A DNA stretch of 58,705 nt from Ktedonobacteraceae bacterium (lineage in GTDB: Bacteria; Chloroflexota; Ktedonobacteria; Ktedonobacterales; Ktedonobacteraceae): NCBI GenBank assembly GCA_035652815.1, contig DASRDB010000020.1, positions 1-58,705 of the forward strand, written 5' to 3'. The notes beneath the pieces were generated by a model. That model made no database searches, was not told where the DNA came from, and was given only the letters and a program-made list of their open reading frames with translations. The stretch's first letter is position 1. Each line of letters starts with the position of its first letter. Positions 17,911-27,957 of this stretch are shown here, piece after piece. Made by a program: the position numbers and the translations under genes.

Positions 17911-19725
17911 CTAAGAGTTGGGGTGTGATCCTTGTGCGAGGAAGAGCGACCAGAACTCTCGCGTATGGCTCGCCAGTTCCTCGTGCGTGCCAATCTCGGC
18001 TACGCGGCCATCTACCAGCACCATAATGGTATCGGCCTTGCGGATGGTATCGTAGCGATGAGTAGTGAACAGAATGATCTTCTCTTTGGCAAAGGTAGTC
18101 AGCAAATTGAAGATTTGCCGCTCACCAACCGGGTCCAGGCTTGCCGTTGGTTCATCCAGAATGATCAGCGGCGCATCGTGATAGAGCATCCGGGCAAGTG
18201 CCAGCCTCTGCCATTGTCCGCCGGACAGGTCAGACACGCCGCCGAAGCCCGCCCCCACCACAGTATCGATCCCATCGGGCAGACTTTCCACCACCTCCCA
18301 AAGGCCAGCCAGCCGCAATACCTCAGTAATCCTCTTTTCCTCTCCCGGTGTGCGCTCGCTCTGCATCGTCACGTTCTGCCGGATGCTAAAGTGGAAGTGC
18401 GAAGGGTCCTGGAAGAGGACAGCTTTTGTGCAGGCCGAGAGAGGAACTTCCTCGCCGCTTGCAAGTACTGCGTACAACGTCCCTGCTGTCGGCGGAACGA
18501 GTCCGGTGAGCAATTTGACTATGGTACTTTTGCCCGCTCCATTGGTTCCCACTATGGCAGTGAGGCCGGGCGCGAAGTCGCATGAAACATCAACTAACGC
18601 CATCTTCTGGTTTTCTGGATAGGTATAGCTGACATCACGCAGGCGAATGGACGAGATGCGCTGTCTAGCCGTTACCTGTATAGCTGGCAACAGATTGGCT
18701 ATCTGCTCCTCAAAGGGCTGTGCCAGAAAATCGAAGAGGGTAGCCGCATAATTGAGCGACTCGATCAAGGACCTCGTGGAATAGATCAGTGACTGGATCA
18801 TGCCGGAAAGCATGGCCAATCCAGGGATGATGATGGCGAGGCTGGGCAGGCTGATCTGTCCGCGACTGATGATCGCGAAGAGGGCGGTCAGCGTCAATGC
18901 GATGCCCAGGCCCTGCACCAGGGCGGCTAATGTGCGCAGCCCGGCGAAGCGTGCTGTCAATTGCTTCAGGTTCGCGAGGTAGGTTTCGGCGAGCGAGGCA
19001 TGTTCGCGAGGAATGATATCGCTTTGATAGACCCGCACGTCACGCTGCCAGGTTGCATCGACTTGCATGTTGGTGAGGACTTCCATACGCAGTTGATTGG
19101 GCGCGTTATGTTCCTGTAACTCGTACATGGCACGGCTAAAGCGGCGTTCGACGAGCGAGGCGGGAATGGAAATTGCCAGCATTGCCAGCACCAACAGGGG
19201 TGCAAGAGCAAAGAGCGTCAAAGCCAGCCCGAGTAGCCCCAGAAAGATGGGAGCGGTAGAGAGCAGCGAGTCTACCAGGGTAATTGAGTGTTCCGACGCT
19301 TCGCGAATCACCAGGCCATAGCGAGCCTGAAAGGCATTATTCTCGAAGAGCGGATAGGGTATGGCTGGCAATTTCTGCATAATGCGCTTGCTGATTACCA
19401 CCCATGCCTGCTGGCGTAGGATGGTAGAGGAGCTATCGCGCAGGATGATACTCAGCCGTTGCACCAGAATGAGGATAACCAGGCCAATTCCGATGAACGC
19501 GGTTGCTGGCGTGAAATGCACAGTGCCGCTCGATCCGATGATCTCTTGCAGGAGCTGATGCAAGAGCAGGAGCAAAGCTGGATAAAAGAGCGGCTCGAAG
19601 AGCGAAGCGACGCTGCTTGTCACAAAGGCGCGGGGATTGCAACTGTAGAGCAGACGCACAGTGGCCCGCAGTGTCGCCAGGCGAGCTGGACGGGGAAGCC
19701 GGAAACGTGTTTTCAAAGAAAGCAT
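17911..19725 (-). CDS. ABC exporter, fused transmembrane and ATP-binding domains (MsbA/MdlB-like)
   Basis: Six-TM N-terminal half. NBD with Walker A 'GTNGAGKST', signature 'LSGGQWQRL', Walker B 'LIILDEPTASLD'. AGGAG RBS precedes the ATG at 19725. Confidence 0.85.
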   Translation of the reverse strand: MLSLKTRFRLPRPARLATLRATVRLLYSCNPRAFVTSSVASLFEPLFYPALLLLLHQLLQEIIGSSGTVHFTPATAFIGIGLVILILVQRLSIILRDSSSTILRQQAWVVISKRIMQKLPAIPYPLFENNAFQARYGLVIREASEHSITLVDSLLSTAPIFLGLLGLALTLFALAPLLVLAMLAISIPASLVERRFSRAMYELQEHNAPNQLRMEVLTNMQVDATWQRDVRVYQSDIIPREHASLAETYLANLKQLTARFAGLRTLAALVQGLGIALTLTALFAIISRGQISLPSLAIIIPGLAMLSGMIQSLIYSTRSLIESLNYAATLFDFLAQPFEEQIANLLPAIQVTARQRISSIRLRDVSYTYPENQKMALVDVSCDFAPGLTAIVGTNGAGKSTIVKLLTGLVPPTAGTLYAVLASGEEVPLSACTKAVLFQDPSHFHFSIRQNVTMQSERTPGEEKRITEVLRLAGLWEVVESLPDGIDTVVGAGFGGVSDLSGGQWQRLALARMLYHDAPLIILDEPTASLDPVGERQIFNLLTTFAKEKIILFTTHRYDTIRKADTIMVLVDGRVAEIGTHEELASHTREFWSLFLAQGSHPNS

Positions 19726-20135
19726 GTAGTTTTCTCCTCTTGATGTGACAACAAACCCGTAGAGGGGCAGGAAACTGTCCAGCATTTTAGAAGTCAGGGG
19801 ATAGGGTTGCGAACACATGGAGGGGCGCGAGCAGCACCATATACGCCAGTGGGAACTGGCGTTCGGAGAGTTTCACCACCTCTATGAGATGTCCACCCGA
19901 CGCAAGGGAGGATGGTGCTGCAGGCGTTTTAAACCAGTCACAAGTGACCGTACATGCGCGTTCCTTTGTGATATTGATGTGGTGTCTGTATGGAAGATTA
20001 TTCCACTTATAGAAACTATGCCATATGTTATGCCTGCTGTCAAGGAAAATGACGAGAGGATAATGCCTATGCTGAACGGATATGGTATCATGGCACAAGG
20101 ATCCTGATGCTATTTTCAACCATGGAGAGGTATCT

Positions 20136-21602
20136 ATGCCCTATCAGATGTGGATCAATGGCGAATACACGTTGGGAACATCCGGGAAAGTGATTGAGGT
20201 GCGCAACCCTGCCACCGAGGAGATAATTGATACCGCGCCAGCCGCAAACGCCGCAGATGTGGAGGCGGCAGTGTTTGCAGCGCAGACGGCTTTTCCGGCC
20301 TGGAAAAGATTGCCAGCAGGCCAGAAGGCGGAGATGCTGCATGAGGTCGCTCAGAAACTGACGGAGCGCGCCGACGAATTCGCGCGCCTGCTCACGCTCG
20401 AGGGAGGCAAGCCTTTTGTCGAGAACCGCGATGAGATGGGCTGGTCTGCTGCTTGCTTCCGGTACTATGCAGAAATTGGGAGAAGCAGTCGTGGGCGTGT
20501 GATACCGTCCATTGAAGAGAGCCAGCTTGCGATGGTGTTGAAGGAGCCGTATGGCGTGGTGGCGGCCATCGTACCCTGGAATTATCCCATTTTGCTGATG
20601 GCCTGGAAAGTGGCTCCGGCGCTGGCGGCGGGCAATACCGTTGTGCTGAAGCCATCAGAGATGACGCCCCTCACCACTCTGCTGTTTGCCGAACTGTTCG
20701 CGCACCTGCCCTCTGGTGTAATCAATATCGTGAGCGGCTATGGGCAGGAGTGCGGCGAACCCCTGGTGCTTGACCCTCGCGTGCGCGTCATCGCCTTTAC
20801 GGGTTCGCTTGCTACCGGTCAGCGCATCGCGCAACTGGTCGCGCCGCAGATGAAGAAGCTGCACCTTGAACTGGGCGGCAAAGATGCTTTTATTGTAGCC
20901 GAGGATGCTGATCTGGATGTTGCCGTGCCGGGCGTGGCCTGGGCCGCGCTGCTCAATAGCGGACAGGTCTGCACTTCGACCGAACGTGTCTATGTTCAGG
21001 AGTCCATTGCTCCCAAATTTATCGAACGGATTACGGAATATGCGCGCAGCCTGCGCCTTGGGCCGGGCCTTGAGCCTGAAACGGATATGGGGCCGCTGAT
21101 CGGCGACCGCTATCGGGCCAAAGTCGAAGGGCAGGTCGAGGAGGCAAAGGCTCGCGGCGCGCAGGTGCTGGCGGGCGGCAGGCGTCCGCCTCAATTTGAA
21201 CGCGGCTACTTCTATGAGCCGACGGTGCTGACCAATGTCGATCACTCCTTTACCATCATGCGCGAGGAGACTTTTGGCCCGGTCATTCCCATCATGACCT
21301 ATAGCAACTTCGACGAGGCGATTGCTCTTGCCAACGATAGCCCCTATGGCCTGGGAGCCAATCTCTACACGCACGACCCACTCAAGGCCAAGCGTTTCTT
21401 TGAGGAGGTCGAGGCGGGAACGCTCTGGATCAACGACCCTCTGACGGACAACGACGCTGGCCCATTTGGCGGTTTCAAGATGTCTGGTATGGGAAGAGAG
21501 CTTGGCGAGGAGGGCCTGGACGAGTTCCGCGAAACCAAGCATGTTCACTGGGATTTCGAGGGCGGCATAAAGCCCTGGTGGTATCCTTACGGCAAACAAT
21601 AA
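20136..21602 (+). CDS. NAD(P)+-dependent aldehyde dehydrogenase
   Basis: 'VAAIVPWNYP', 'KPSE.TPLT', 'ELGGK', 'QVCTSTERVYV' (catalytic Cys) and 'GPFGG.K.SG.GRE' are ALDH-family blocks. GGAGAGG RBS. Confidence 0.9.
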   Translation: MPYQMWINGEYTLGTSGKVIEVRNPATEEIIDTAPAANAADVEAAVFAAQTAFPAWKRLPAGQKAEMLHEVAQKLTERADEFARLLTLEGGKPFVENRDEMGWSAACFRYYAEIGRSSRGRVIPSIEESQLAMVLKEPYGVVAAIVPWNYPILLMAWKVAPALAAGNTVVLKPSEMTPLTTLLFAELFAHLPSGVINIVSGYGQECGEPLVLDPRVRVIAFTGSLATGQRIAQLVAPQMKKLHLELGGKDAFIVAEDADLDVAVPGVAWAALLNSGQVCTSTERVYVQESIAPKFIERITEYARSLRLGPGLEPETDMGPLIGDRYRAKVEGQVEEAKARGAQVLAGGRRPPQFERGYFYEPTVLTNVDHSFTIMREETFGPVIPIMTYSNFDEAIALANDSPYGLGANLYTHDPLKAKRFFEEVEAGTLWINDPLTDNDAGPFGGFKMSGMGRELGEEGLDEFRETKHVHWDFEGGIKPWWYPYGKQ

Positions 21603-21636
21603 TTCACAATGAATAAGGGCAGGACTCTGACCCGTC

Positions 21637-21757
21637 ATGAAAAAGACCCGCTCGCCTGTCATCCTGAGCGCAGCGAAGGATCTGCGTTCCCCGGCGATTC
21701 GTGCGCAGACGCCTGAGATCCTTCGCTGCGCTCAGGATGACATCTGGAGACAGGTTT
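21637..21757. repeat. MITE/REP-like hairpin element, copy 2 (canonical inverted-repeat form)
   Basis: atgaaaaagacccgctcgcctgtcatcctgagcgcagcgaaggatct ... agatccttcgctgcgctcaggatgacatctggagacaggttt. Confidence 0.85.
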
Positions 21758-21768
21758 GGAATGGGATA

Positions 21769-22269
21769 TTAATCATGAGTGGTCAGGGAGTTCAGCGCCT
21801 CTTTTAGCTGGCGATAGACATTATCCAGATGCTCTGGCATGACCTTGATATCGGCGATGACCGGCATAAAATTGGTGTCGCCCTGCCAGCGCGGCACGAT
21901 ATGAAAATGCATGTGTTCGTCGAAACCCGCGCCCGCCACCTTGCCTTCGTTGATGCCCATATTGAAGCCATCGGGATTCATGGCTTTGCGTATGGCGCGT
22001 AGGGCAAGCTGGGCCTGCGCCATCAATTCATCCAGCGTGGCGGCGTCGAGTTGTGTGATGCTGCCGACGTGCTGGTAGGGCGCGATCATCAAGTGTCCAT
22101 TATTGTACGGATAGAGGTTTAACATCATGTAGCAGCGCTCGCCACGATAGAGAATGTGATACTTTTCGTCTTCATGCGCGGCTGGCTGCGTGCAAAAAAT
22201 GCACTCCTTTGGTTGAGGAGTCTTTGGCGCGATGAAGGTCATGCGCCAGGGTGCCCATAAATTATCCAT
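21769..22269 (-). CDS. HIT-family (histidine triad) nucleotide hydrolase/transferase
   Basis: 'HMHFHIVPR' is the histidine triad. 166 aa. Confidence 0.85.
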   Translation of the reverse strand: MDNLWAPWRMTFIAPKTPQPKECIFCTQPAAHEDEKYHILYRGERCYMMLNLYPYNNGHLMIAPYQHVGSITQLDAATLDELMAQAQLALRAIRKAMNPDGFNMGINEGKVAGAGFDEHMHFHIVPRWQGDTNFMPVIADIKVMPEHLDNVYRQLKEALNSLTTHD

Positions 22270-22296
22270 GCGGTTACAGCACTATCCTACCAAACA

Positions 22297-22665
22297 TTAG
22301 CATTCTTCATTGGAGACTTCGGGCAGCGTTACCCATTTCTCGGCCCACGTATGAATGGCGGCGAGAACGGGTTGAAGCGCGATGCCTTTTTCCGTCAGGC
22401 GATACTCTACGCGGACAGGAATTTGTGGATACACCACACGCTCAATGATGTTTTCAGTCTCCAGTTCGCGCAGGCGGTCGCTCAAGACGCGATCAGACAG
22501 TCCTGGCACAGCTTCTGTTAACTCACAAAAGCGCCTGGGACCGTCTATCAGGGAATCGAGAATAAGCCCGGTCCAGCGTTTGCCTAGAATCGATATAGCA
22601 TGTTCGTAACGGGGACACAAACGATATGCAGTTGTTGGAATTGTCTCGGTTGGCTTCGTTGCCAT
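22297..22665 (-). CDS. HxlR-family winged-helix transcriptional regulator
   Basis: 'CP...ISILGKRWTGLIL..L..GPRRFCEL......LSDRVLSDRLRELE..IIER' is the HxlR/DUF24 signature. Confidence 0.85.
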   Translation of the reverse strand: MATKPTETIPTTAYRLCPRYEHAISILGKRWTGLILDSLIDGPRRFCELTEAVPGLSDRVLSDRLRELETENIIERVVYPQIPVRVEYRLTEKGIALQPVLAAIHTWAEKWVTLPEVSNEEC

Positions 22666-22914
22666 TGTTCCTTCCCTGGCCTTTCTGGTCTCTAGCAGAC
22701 CAGTTTGCCGCGATGGCTGAGGAGGCCATCATTAAACTTTACCATAAGTTTATATAGTATACCACGTTTTCTTGTCTTTGGCTATACCTGTACGTTACTT
22801 TTAAAATGTTAGTAAAAATCGCGTTGTATTTTCTCCCTCTTTCTGCGTTTAAATCCCTTGACAAACAGGCAGTTCTGATGCTATCTTCTGTATAGCAATC
22901 AGTTATAGCTCGTC

Positions 22915-23035
22915 ATGAAAAAGACTCTCTCGCCTGTCATCCTGAGCGCAGCGAAGGTTCTAAGGCGACCGGTGGCTCGACACGACCAGCTGGAAATCCT
23001 TCGCTGCGCTCAGGATGACATCTGGCGACAGGTTT
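22915..23035. repeat. MITE/REP-like hairpin element, copy 3, flanked by 13-bp direct repeats 'gttatagctcgtc' at 22902-22914 and 23036-23048
   Basis: Read directly: ...gttatagctcgtc|atgaaaaagactctctcgcctgtcatcc...ggatgacatctggcgacaggttt|gttatagctcgtc... Confidence 0.85.
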
Positions 23036-23077
23036 GTTATAGCTCGTCGAAAACACTAAAATTTAGATAAGAGGAAT

Positions 23078-23941
23078 GTGATGTCATTTAATCAGGAATC
23101 TAGCACTCCCCCTATGCAGGCGAGTACCATGCAGCCTGCCAGTCCTGTTATGCCATTCACCACTACAACAAGTACACAGGCGGCGATAGCTACACGAGAT
23201 CTCATGCGCGCTTTTGGGCAAAAAATAGCGGTAAACTATCTCAATTTGAACGTCCGGCGCGGTGAATTTTATGGCTTTCTGGGTCCAAACGGCGCTGGCA
23301 AATCAACGACCATCAAAATGCTGACCGGCCAGCTTCGCCCGACCGCCGGAACCGCAATGGTGGCCGATGTCGATGTCTGGCAAGACCCTTTGCAGGCGCG
23401 CAGCCTCATGGGCGTGCTGCCAGAATACCTCAATCTCTACGAGCGTCTGACGGGCCGTGAATTTGTCAACTTCGCCGGGCATATGTACGGCGTCCCCGAG
23501 GCCGAAATTCCGCGCCGCACCGAAGAACTGTTGCAGGTCATGACTCTGACTGATGATGCCGATAAGCTGATCGTCGATTACTCGGTTGGCATGCGCAAGA
23601 AAGTAGCTCTGGCCGCCGCGCTCATTCATCGTCCGCAGGTTCTTTTCCTCGACGAGCCATTCGAGGGCATCGACCCGGTCAGTTCGCGCACCATTCGCGA
23701 TATCCTGCGCGAACTCACGCAACACGGCACAACCATCTTCTTCTCCTCGCATATCATGGAAGTTGTCGAACGCCTCTGCACCCGCGTTGGCATCATTAAC
23801 CAGGGTGTCCTGGTGGCAGAAGGCACGCTGCAAGAACTGCGCGACCGCGCCAGTGGCGGAAGGGATGCTACACTCGAAGACATCTTCCTGCAGGTTGTGG
23901 GGGCGCGGGATGAGAATCATAATCTGAGCTGGCTTGAGTAA
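23078..23941 (+). CDS. ABC transporter ATP-binding protein (ABC-2/CcmA-like; no adjacent permease)
   Basis: Walker A 'GPNGAGKST', signature 'YSVGMRKKVALA', Walker B 'VLFLDEPFEGID'. AGAGG RBS. Confidence 0.85.
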   Translation: MMSFNQESSTPPMQASTMQPASPVMPFTTTTSTQAAIATRDLMRAFGQKIAVNYLNLNVRRGEFYGFLGPNGAGKSTTIKMLTGQLRPTAGTAMVADVDVWQDPLQARSLMGVLPEYLNLYERLTGREFVNFAGHMYGVPEAEIPRRTEELLQVMTLTDDADKLIVDYSVGMRKKVALAAALIHRPQVLFLDEPFEGIDPVSSRTIRDILRELTQHGTTIFFSSHIMEVVERLCTRVGIINQGVLVAEGTLQELRDRASGGRDATLEDIFLQVVGARDENHNLSWLE

Positions 23942-23944
23942 CCC

Positions 23945-25366
23945 TTACCCCTGCTCTTTCTTAGGCTGAGGCCCCGATTGGCCCGAGTCTCCACTCGGCT
24001 GCGGATTATACCAGCCGCCGTCGGGCGCGATGAGCTTATCAGCCTCGGATGGACCCCAGGTGCCTTTGGCATACTGGTAGACGGGGGTAACGTTCCCGAG
24101 TATGGGATCGACGATGCGCCATTCCTCTTCGACTGAGTCCTCGCGCACGAAAAGCGCCTCGTCGCCCCGCATGGCGCTACTGAGTAGTCGCTCGTATGGT
24201 GCCATCTCGTCAGGAGACTGGTGTACAGCGACAAGCTCGACCTCTTCCCCTCGCATCTGCTCCCCCGCAATCTTGGCCTTTGCGCCAAGCGAGATCTTCA
24301 CGACCGGACTGATGCGGAAGCGGTAGTAATTTGTAAGAGCAGCCTCGTTTCCTGAGAACACGGCAAGGGGTGGTTTTTTCAGATCAACCTGTATCTCCGT
24401 AGCGCGCACAGGCAGGTACTTACCGGCTCGAATGTAGAACGGCACACCGGCCCAGCGCCAGTTGTCGATAAAGAGTTTGACTGCCGCGAATGTCTCTACC
24501 TGCGAGTTGGGGTCCACGCCATTCTCCTGCCGGTAGCCCTCATATTGACCGCGCACGACGTTCGAGGGATCGAGTGGGCGCACTGCTTTGAGGAGCTGCG
24601 CCTTCTCATCGCGCACCGAGTCTGAGTTTTCATCGGTGGGAGCGTTCATAGCGAGGATAGAAACCAGTTGCAGCAGGTGATTCTGCACCACATCGCGGAT
24701 TGCACCGGCCTCTTCGTAAAATTTTCCCCGGCCTGCCACACCAAAATCCTCGGCCATCGTAATCTGCACGCTTTCGATATAATTGCGGTTCCAGATTGGC
24801 TCGAGAAACGAGTTCGCGAAGCGGAAGTAGAGTATATTCTGCACCGGTTCCTTGCCGAGGTAATGATCGATACGAAAGATAGCTGACTCGGGAAAGACGG
24901 TATGCAGTATCTGGTTCAATTCCTGGGCGGAAGCCAGGTCACGCCCAAAGGGCTTCTCAAGGATCACGCGGGCGTTTTTGGCGATGCCCGCGCTTTCCAG
25001 CCCTTCAACAACAGGCCCAAACATACTGGGTGGAATTGCCAGATAATACAGTGGATGCTGGGAATCTCCAAGCGCCTCTCGCAATTTTTTGTACGTCTCG
25101 GCGTTGTTGTAGTCGCCGGAGACATACTGGAGTAGCGAGCAGAGCTTCTCAAACGCCGCCGTATCCACCTTCCCATGCTCTGCAAGGCTCTGATGCACAT
25201 GATCGCGCAGTTGTTCTATTTTCCACGGTCTTCCCGCAACCCCGATAACTGGCATATCCAGTTCACTGCGCTCGATCATCGCCTGCAGGGCGGGAAAAAT
25301 CTGCTTGTACGCGAGATCACCTGTGATCCCGAAGAAGACAAGCGCATCTGAATGAATGTTTGTCAT
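23945..25366 (-). CDS. zwf: glucose-6-phosphate 1-dehydrogenase
   Basis: '[10 protein letters not shown]' NADP site, active-site signature 'RIDHYLGKE', 'EKPFG.DL'. ATG at 25366 (the track's 25384 start is a TTG). Confidence 0.9.
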   Translation of the reverse strand: MTNIHSDALVFFGITGDLAYKQIFPALQAMIERSELDMPVIGVAGRPWKIEQLRDHVHQSLAEHGKVDTAAFEKLCSLLQYVSGDYNNAETYKKLREALGDSQHPLYYLAIPPSMFGPVVEGLESAGIAKNARVILEKPFGRDLASAQELNQILHTVFPESAIFRIDHYLGKEPVQNILYFRFANSFLEPIWNRNYIESVQITMAEDFGVAGRGKFYEEAGAIRDVVQNHLLQLVSILAMNAPTDENSDSVRDEKAQLLKAVRPLDPSNVVRGQYEGYRQENGVDPNSQVETFAAVKLFIDNWRWAGVPFYIRAGKYLPVRATEIQVDLKKPPLAVFSGNEAALTNYYRFRISPVVKISLGAKAKIAGEQMRGEEVELVAVHQSPDEMAPYERLLSSAMRGDEALFVREDSVEEEWRIVDPILGNVTPVYQYAKGTWGPSEADKLIAPDGGWYNPQPSGDSGQSGPQPKKEQG

Positions 25367-25447
25367 GATCCACGTCTTTCTCAAATAAAGGCAAACGTCT
25401 CTCTGAGAAAATCACGTTTCTCGGGGCGAAGCTGTTTCATGGCATGC

Positions 25448-25573
25448 CATGAAACAGACCCGCTTGCCTGTCATCCTGAGCGCAGCGAAGGATCTGCGTC
25501 GCCGGGCAGCATTGCATGCTCGCACCGGAGATCCTTCGCTGCGCTCAGGATGACATCTGGTGGCAGGTTGATA
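25448..25573. repeat. MITE/REP-like hairpin element, copy 4, flanked by 'atggcatgc' at 25439-25447 and 25574-25582
   Basis: atgaaacagacccgcttgcctgtcatcctgagcgcagcgaaggatct ... agatccttcgctgcgctcaggatgacatctggtggcagg. Confidence 0.8.
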
Positions 25574-25686
25574 ATGGCATGCATGCTATTAATCAACAGG
25601 AAAAGAGATCAACTTCACAAAACAGAGGCTGCCACTCCTTTCGGAGCGGCAGCCTCTATCAGCAATTTAAAAACGCAATAACAATT

Positions 25687-27213
25687 TTAGTAGGCGGTGG
25701 CAGGCGCGGTCTGGCCCCTATTCTTCGTGACGTTACCTGCGCCGGTATCAATCGCGGCGTTACTGCCTCCCACTATCTTCAGCAGGTCTTCAGGGGTTGT
25801 ATAGGTGGCCTGGTGGCATCCCTGTCCTGGAGCGCCTGTGGTAAGGTTGGAACAGCTTGGTGGCGGTGTTGGCGCGAAAGCCACCATGAACACCGGCTGA
25901 GCATCGTCGTCACCCGGCACGATAGCGGTCGCGAAGTAGTCGCCGACCATGAATCCCTGGGTTGTGAGCGGCAGCCAGGGCAGTTGCATCGGCCCTGCCA
26001 GTTGCTCCGGCGCACTCCAACTGTTCCCTCCGTTTGTAGAGGAGATGAAGCCGACATTGAGCAGGCAGTTGGAAGTACAGGTCGAGTCAGGATAGTAGTA
26101 GTAGACAAGCCCGAGGTGAGCAGAACCGCCTGATGTACTCCTATCGACTCCTAACCCGGTCAGGAAGAAATCGGCTCCGCTGCCAACCGGAGCGGTGGGG
26201 ATACGTTTTGGCAATGTCCAGTGGACGCCGTCGGAAGAAGTGGTCAGCAGGAGATCGTTCGTTCCGATAGGAGCGCTGCACGCGCTCTCGAAGCGGCAAT
26301 CGGACCAGACGACGTATACTCTACCCGACTTGTCGATTTGTGCGCTGGGCAGGTCAGGAGAACGAAGATTGCCCGGATTCCCGTCGTTGAAGATTTGCGC
26401 GGCGAGTACGGGCTTCTGCAAGGTCTGACCGCCATTAGTGGAGATAATCGAGAAAATCGCCGTTTCAAAGCAATCATCGATGGGCATGATGAGCGTTCCA
26501 TTGGGTTGTACGAGCGGCTGTCCGCCGATGACGCAGGTATGGTCAGGGGTTGTCCTGGGCGCGCTCCACGACACACCGCCGTTGGTAGAGACGCTGATCT
26601 GAACGCGGTTGAGATTGCTCGCGACATCGAACTCTGTGTAGCAGTGGCCATAGAAGGGGCTGGTAGCCGTGTCGTCGCAAGTCGTCCAGTTCTTGTCGTT
26701 GAATTGACCGGTAGCATTAACTTTGACTGGCGCGCTCCATGTCAATCCGCCATCGGTCGAGCGGCTGACGTCCACATCGACAGGGCCTGCGGGGTTTATA
26801 ATACCGAGCCAGGAGATCAGCCAGACTTTATGCCGGGCGTCGTAGGCTACCGAGGGGTCGCTGGCGCGGGCATAAGGCCCTGCCGGTGTTGCATAGACAG
26901 TGCTGGCGGGCAAGAAGCCATGTGTCCAGGTCTCGCCGCCATTAGTAGATGTCGCGAAACCAATGTTGGAAGCGCCGCCATCGAAAAAGCGGCCAGACTG
27001 GAAAGCCGAAACAATGGTGTTGCCAAAGGCAAAGGCATCAGGCTCGACCTGGGTCTTGTGATTACTTGTGGGATTGGTGTAAGGATCACTGCTGATTTGG
27101 GTGAGCTGTTCCGCCGCTAAGACCAGTGCGCTCGAGCCGAGCGCCAGCAGCAGCGAACACATGAGAGCCAGAATTACAGGCACTCTGGCTCTGGACCCCC
27201 AGATAAAAGACAT
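25687..27213 (-). CDS. secreted BNR/Asp-box repeat protein (sialidase-like beta-propeller fold)
   Basis: Signal peptide 'MSFIWGSRARVPVILALMCSLLLALGSSALVLAA'. Repeated S-x-D/N-G-G-x-T/S-W motifs ('STNGGETWT', 'STDGGLTWS', 'STNGGVSWS', 'STNGGNSWS'). AAGGAGGA RBS precedes the ATG at 27213. Confidence 0.7.
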   Translation of the reverse strand: MSFIWGSRARVPVILALMCSLLLALGSSALVLAAEQLTQISSDPYTNPTSNHKTQVEPDAFAFGNTIVSAFQSGRFFDGGASNIGFATSTNGGETWTHGFLPASTVYATPAGPYARASDPSVAYDARHKVWLISWLGIINPAGPVDVDVSRSTDGGLTWSAPVKVNATGQFNDKNWTTCDDTATSPFYGHCYTEFDVASNLNRVQISVSTNGGVSWSAPRTTPDHTCVIGGQPLVQPNGTLIMPIDDCFETAIFSIISTNGGQTLQKPVLAAQIFNDGNPGNLRSPDLPSAQIDKSGRVYVVWSDCRFESACSAPIGTNDLLLTTSSDGVHWTLPKRIPTAPVGSGADFFLTGLGVDRSTSGGSAHLGLVYYYYPDSTCTSNCLLNVGFISSTNGGNSWSAPEQLAGPMQLPWLPLTTQGFMVGDYFATAIVPGDDDAQPVFMVAFAPTPPPSCSNLTTGAPGQGCHQATYTTPEDLLKIVGGSNAAIDTGAGNVTKNRGQTAPATAY

Positions 27214-27668
27214 GGCCTTCCTCCTTGAAGCAATACAGACGATCAATGTGCTGAACGTTTTCAAATGCTGACAATGCTACAAACACGATCAAGCAACGGG
27301 AGTTATGCAGTATCTCCTCGAAACTCATCCGACCAGGAAGCGCGGCCCTGGTTCCTGGTAGTGATGAGAAAGGATTCTCTTCATGACATGAGCAAGCAAA
27401 CCTGCATCACAGGCTTCTTCACTTCATGCCAGAATTTCAGGCCACATGTTTTTTAGGGTAGATGCGCGGAAAAGGACGCCAGAGATGAAAAAACTTCCCC
27501 AGATGGTTGTAGAACAATCAAGCTGTATATGAATACTTCACCCAGAAAGAGTATACTCAATATTATTTAAAAAATCCAGCGCTTTTGGCTGAAAAATAGA
27601 AAGTTCATTACTTTTATTTGCGTACATTTCTTACCAAAGCTTCGACATTATGTGGCAAGCCATTACAA

Positions 27669-27772
27669 TCCTGCCTCCAGATGTCATCCTGAGCGCCGCG
27701 AAGGATCTCGCGCGTGCCGGGTCGAGCCGGTGGAGGCCTGAGATCCTTCGCGGCGCTCAGGATGACAGGCGA
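27669..27772. repeat. MITE/REP-like hairpin element, copy 5 (gccgcg core subvariant)
   Basis: cctgcctccagatgtcatcctgagcgccgcgaaggatctc ... gagatccttcgcggcgctcaggatgacagg. Confidence 0.8.
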
Positions 27773-27957
27773 GAGGGGCTTTTTCGTGGCAGGCCAAAAG
27801 CAAATGCGAGAAAAAATCCATTCTGCCCAAACAAAAATTTGACCGTTTGCTTCTTAGAGCGTTTAATGTGTATAGCGGGAAAACATGGCATACTTTAGCA
27901 ATGAAGCGCGAAATGGTGCTTTAAATACACTGTTTGAAATAATGGAGGATCACCCTT

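Noticed and set aside
17932-18585. 217-aa plus-strand ORF
   Set aside because: It is antisense to the ABC exporter NBD (Walker A and signature motifs read clearly on the minus strand).
20655-21662. 335-aa ORF on the minus strand
   Set aside because: It lies fully antisense to the aldehyde dehydrogenase gene, which has strong family motifs. High-GC antisense frames are commonly open by chance, and there is no motif or RBS support.
22840-22905. TTGACA-18 bp-TATCTT promoter-like element upstream of the ABC ATPase gene at 23078
   Set aside because: The -10 match is weak, and a MITE lies between it and the gene. It cannot be supported without transcript data.
27280-27957. AT-rich ~0.7-kb noncoding stretch surrounding MITE copy 5; checked for tRNA/ncRNA-like structure
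   Set aside because: No cloverleaf-compatible acceptor/anticodon/T-arm pattern was found by eye. It is probably just a promoter/leader region for the downstream membrane protein.
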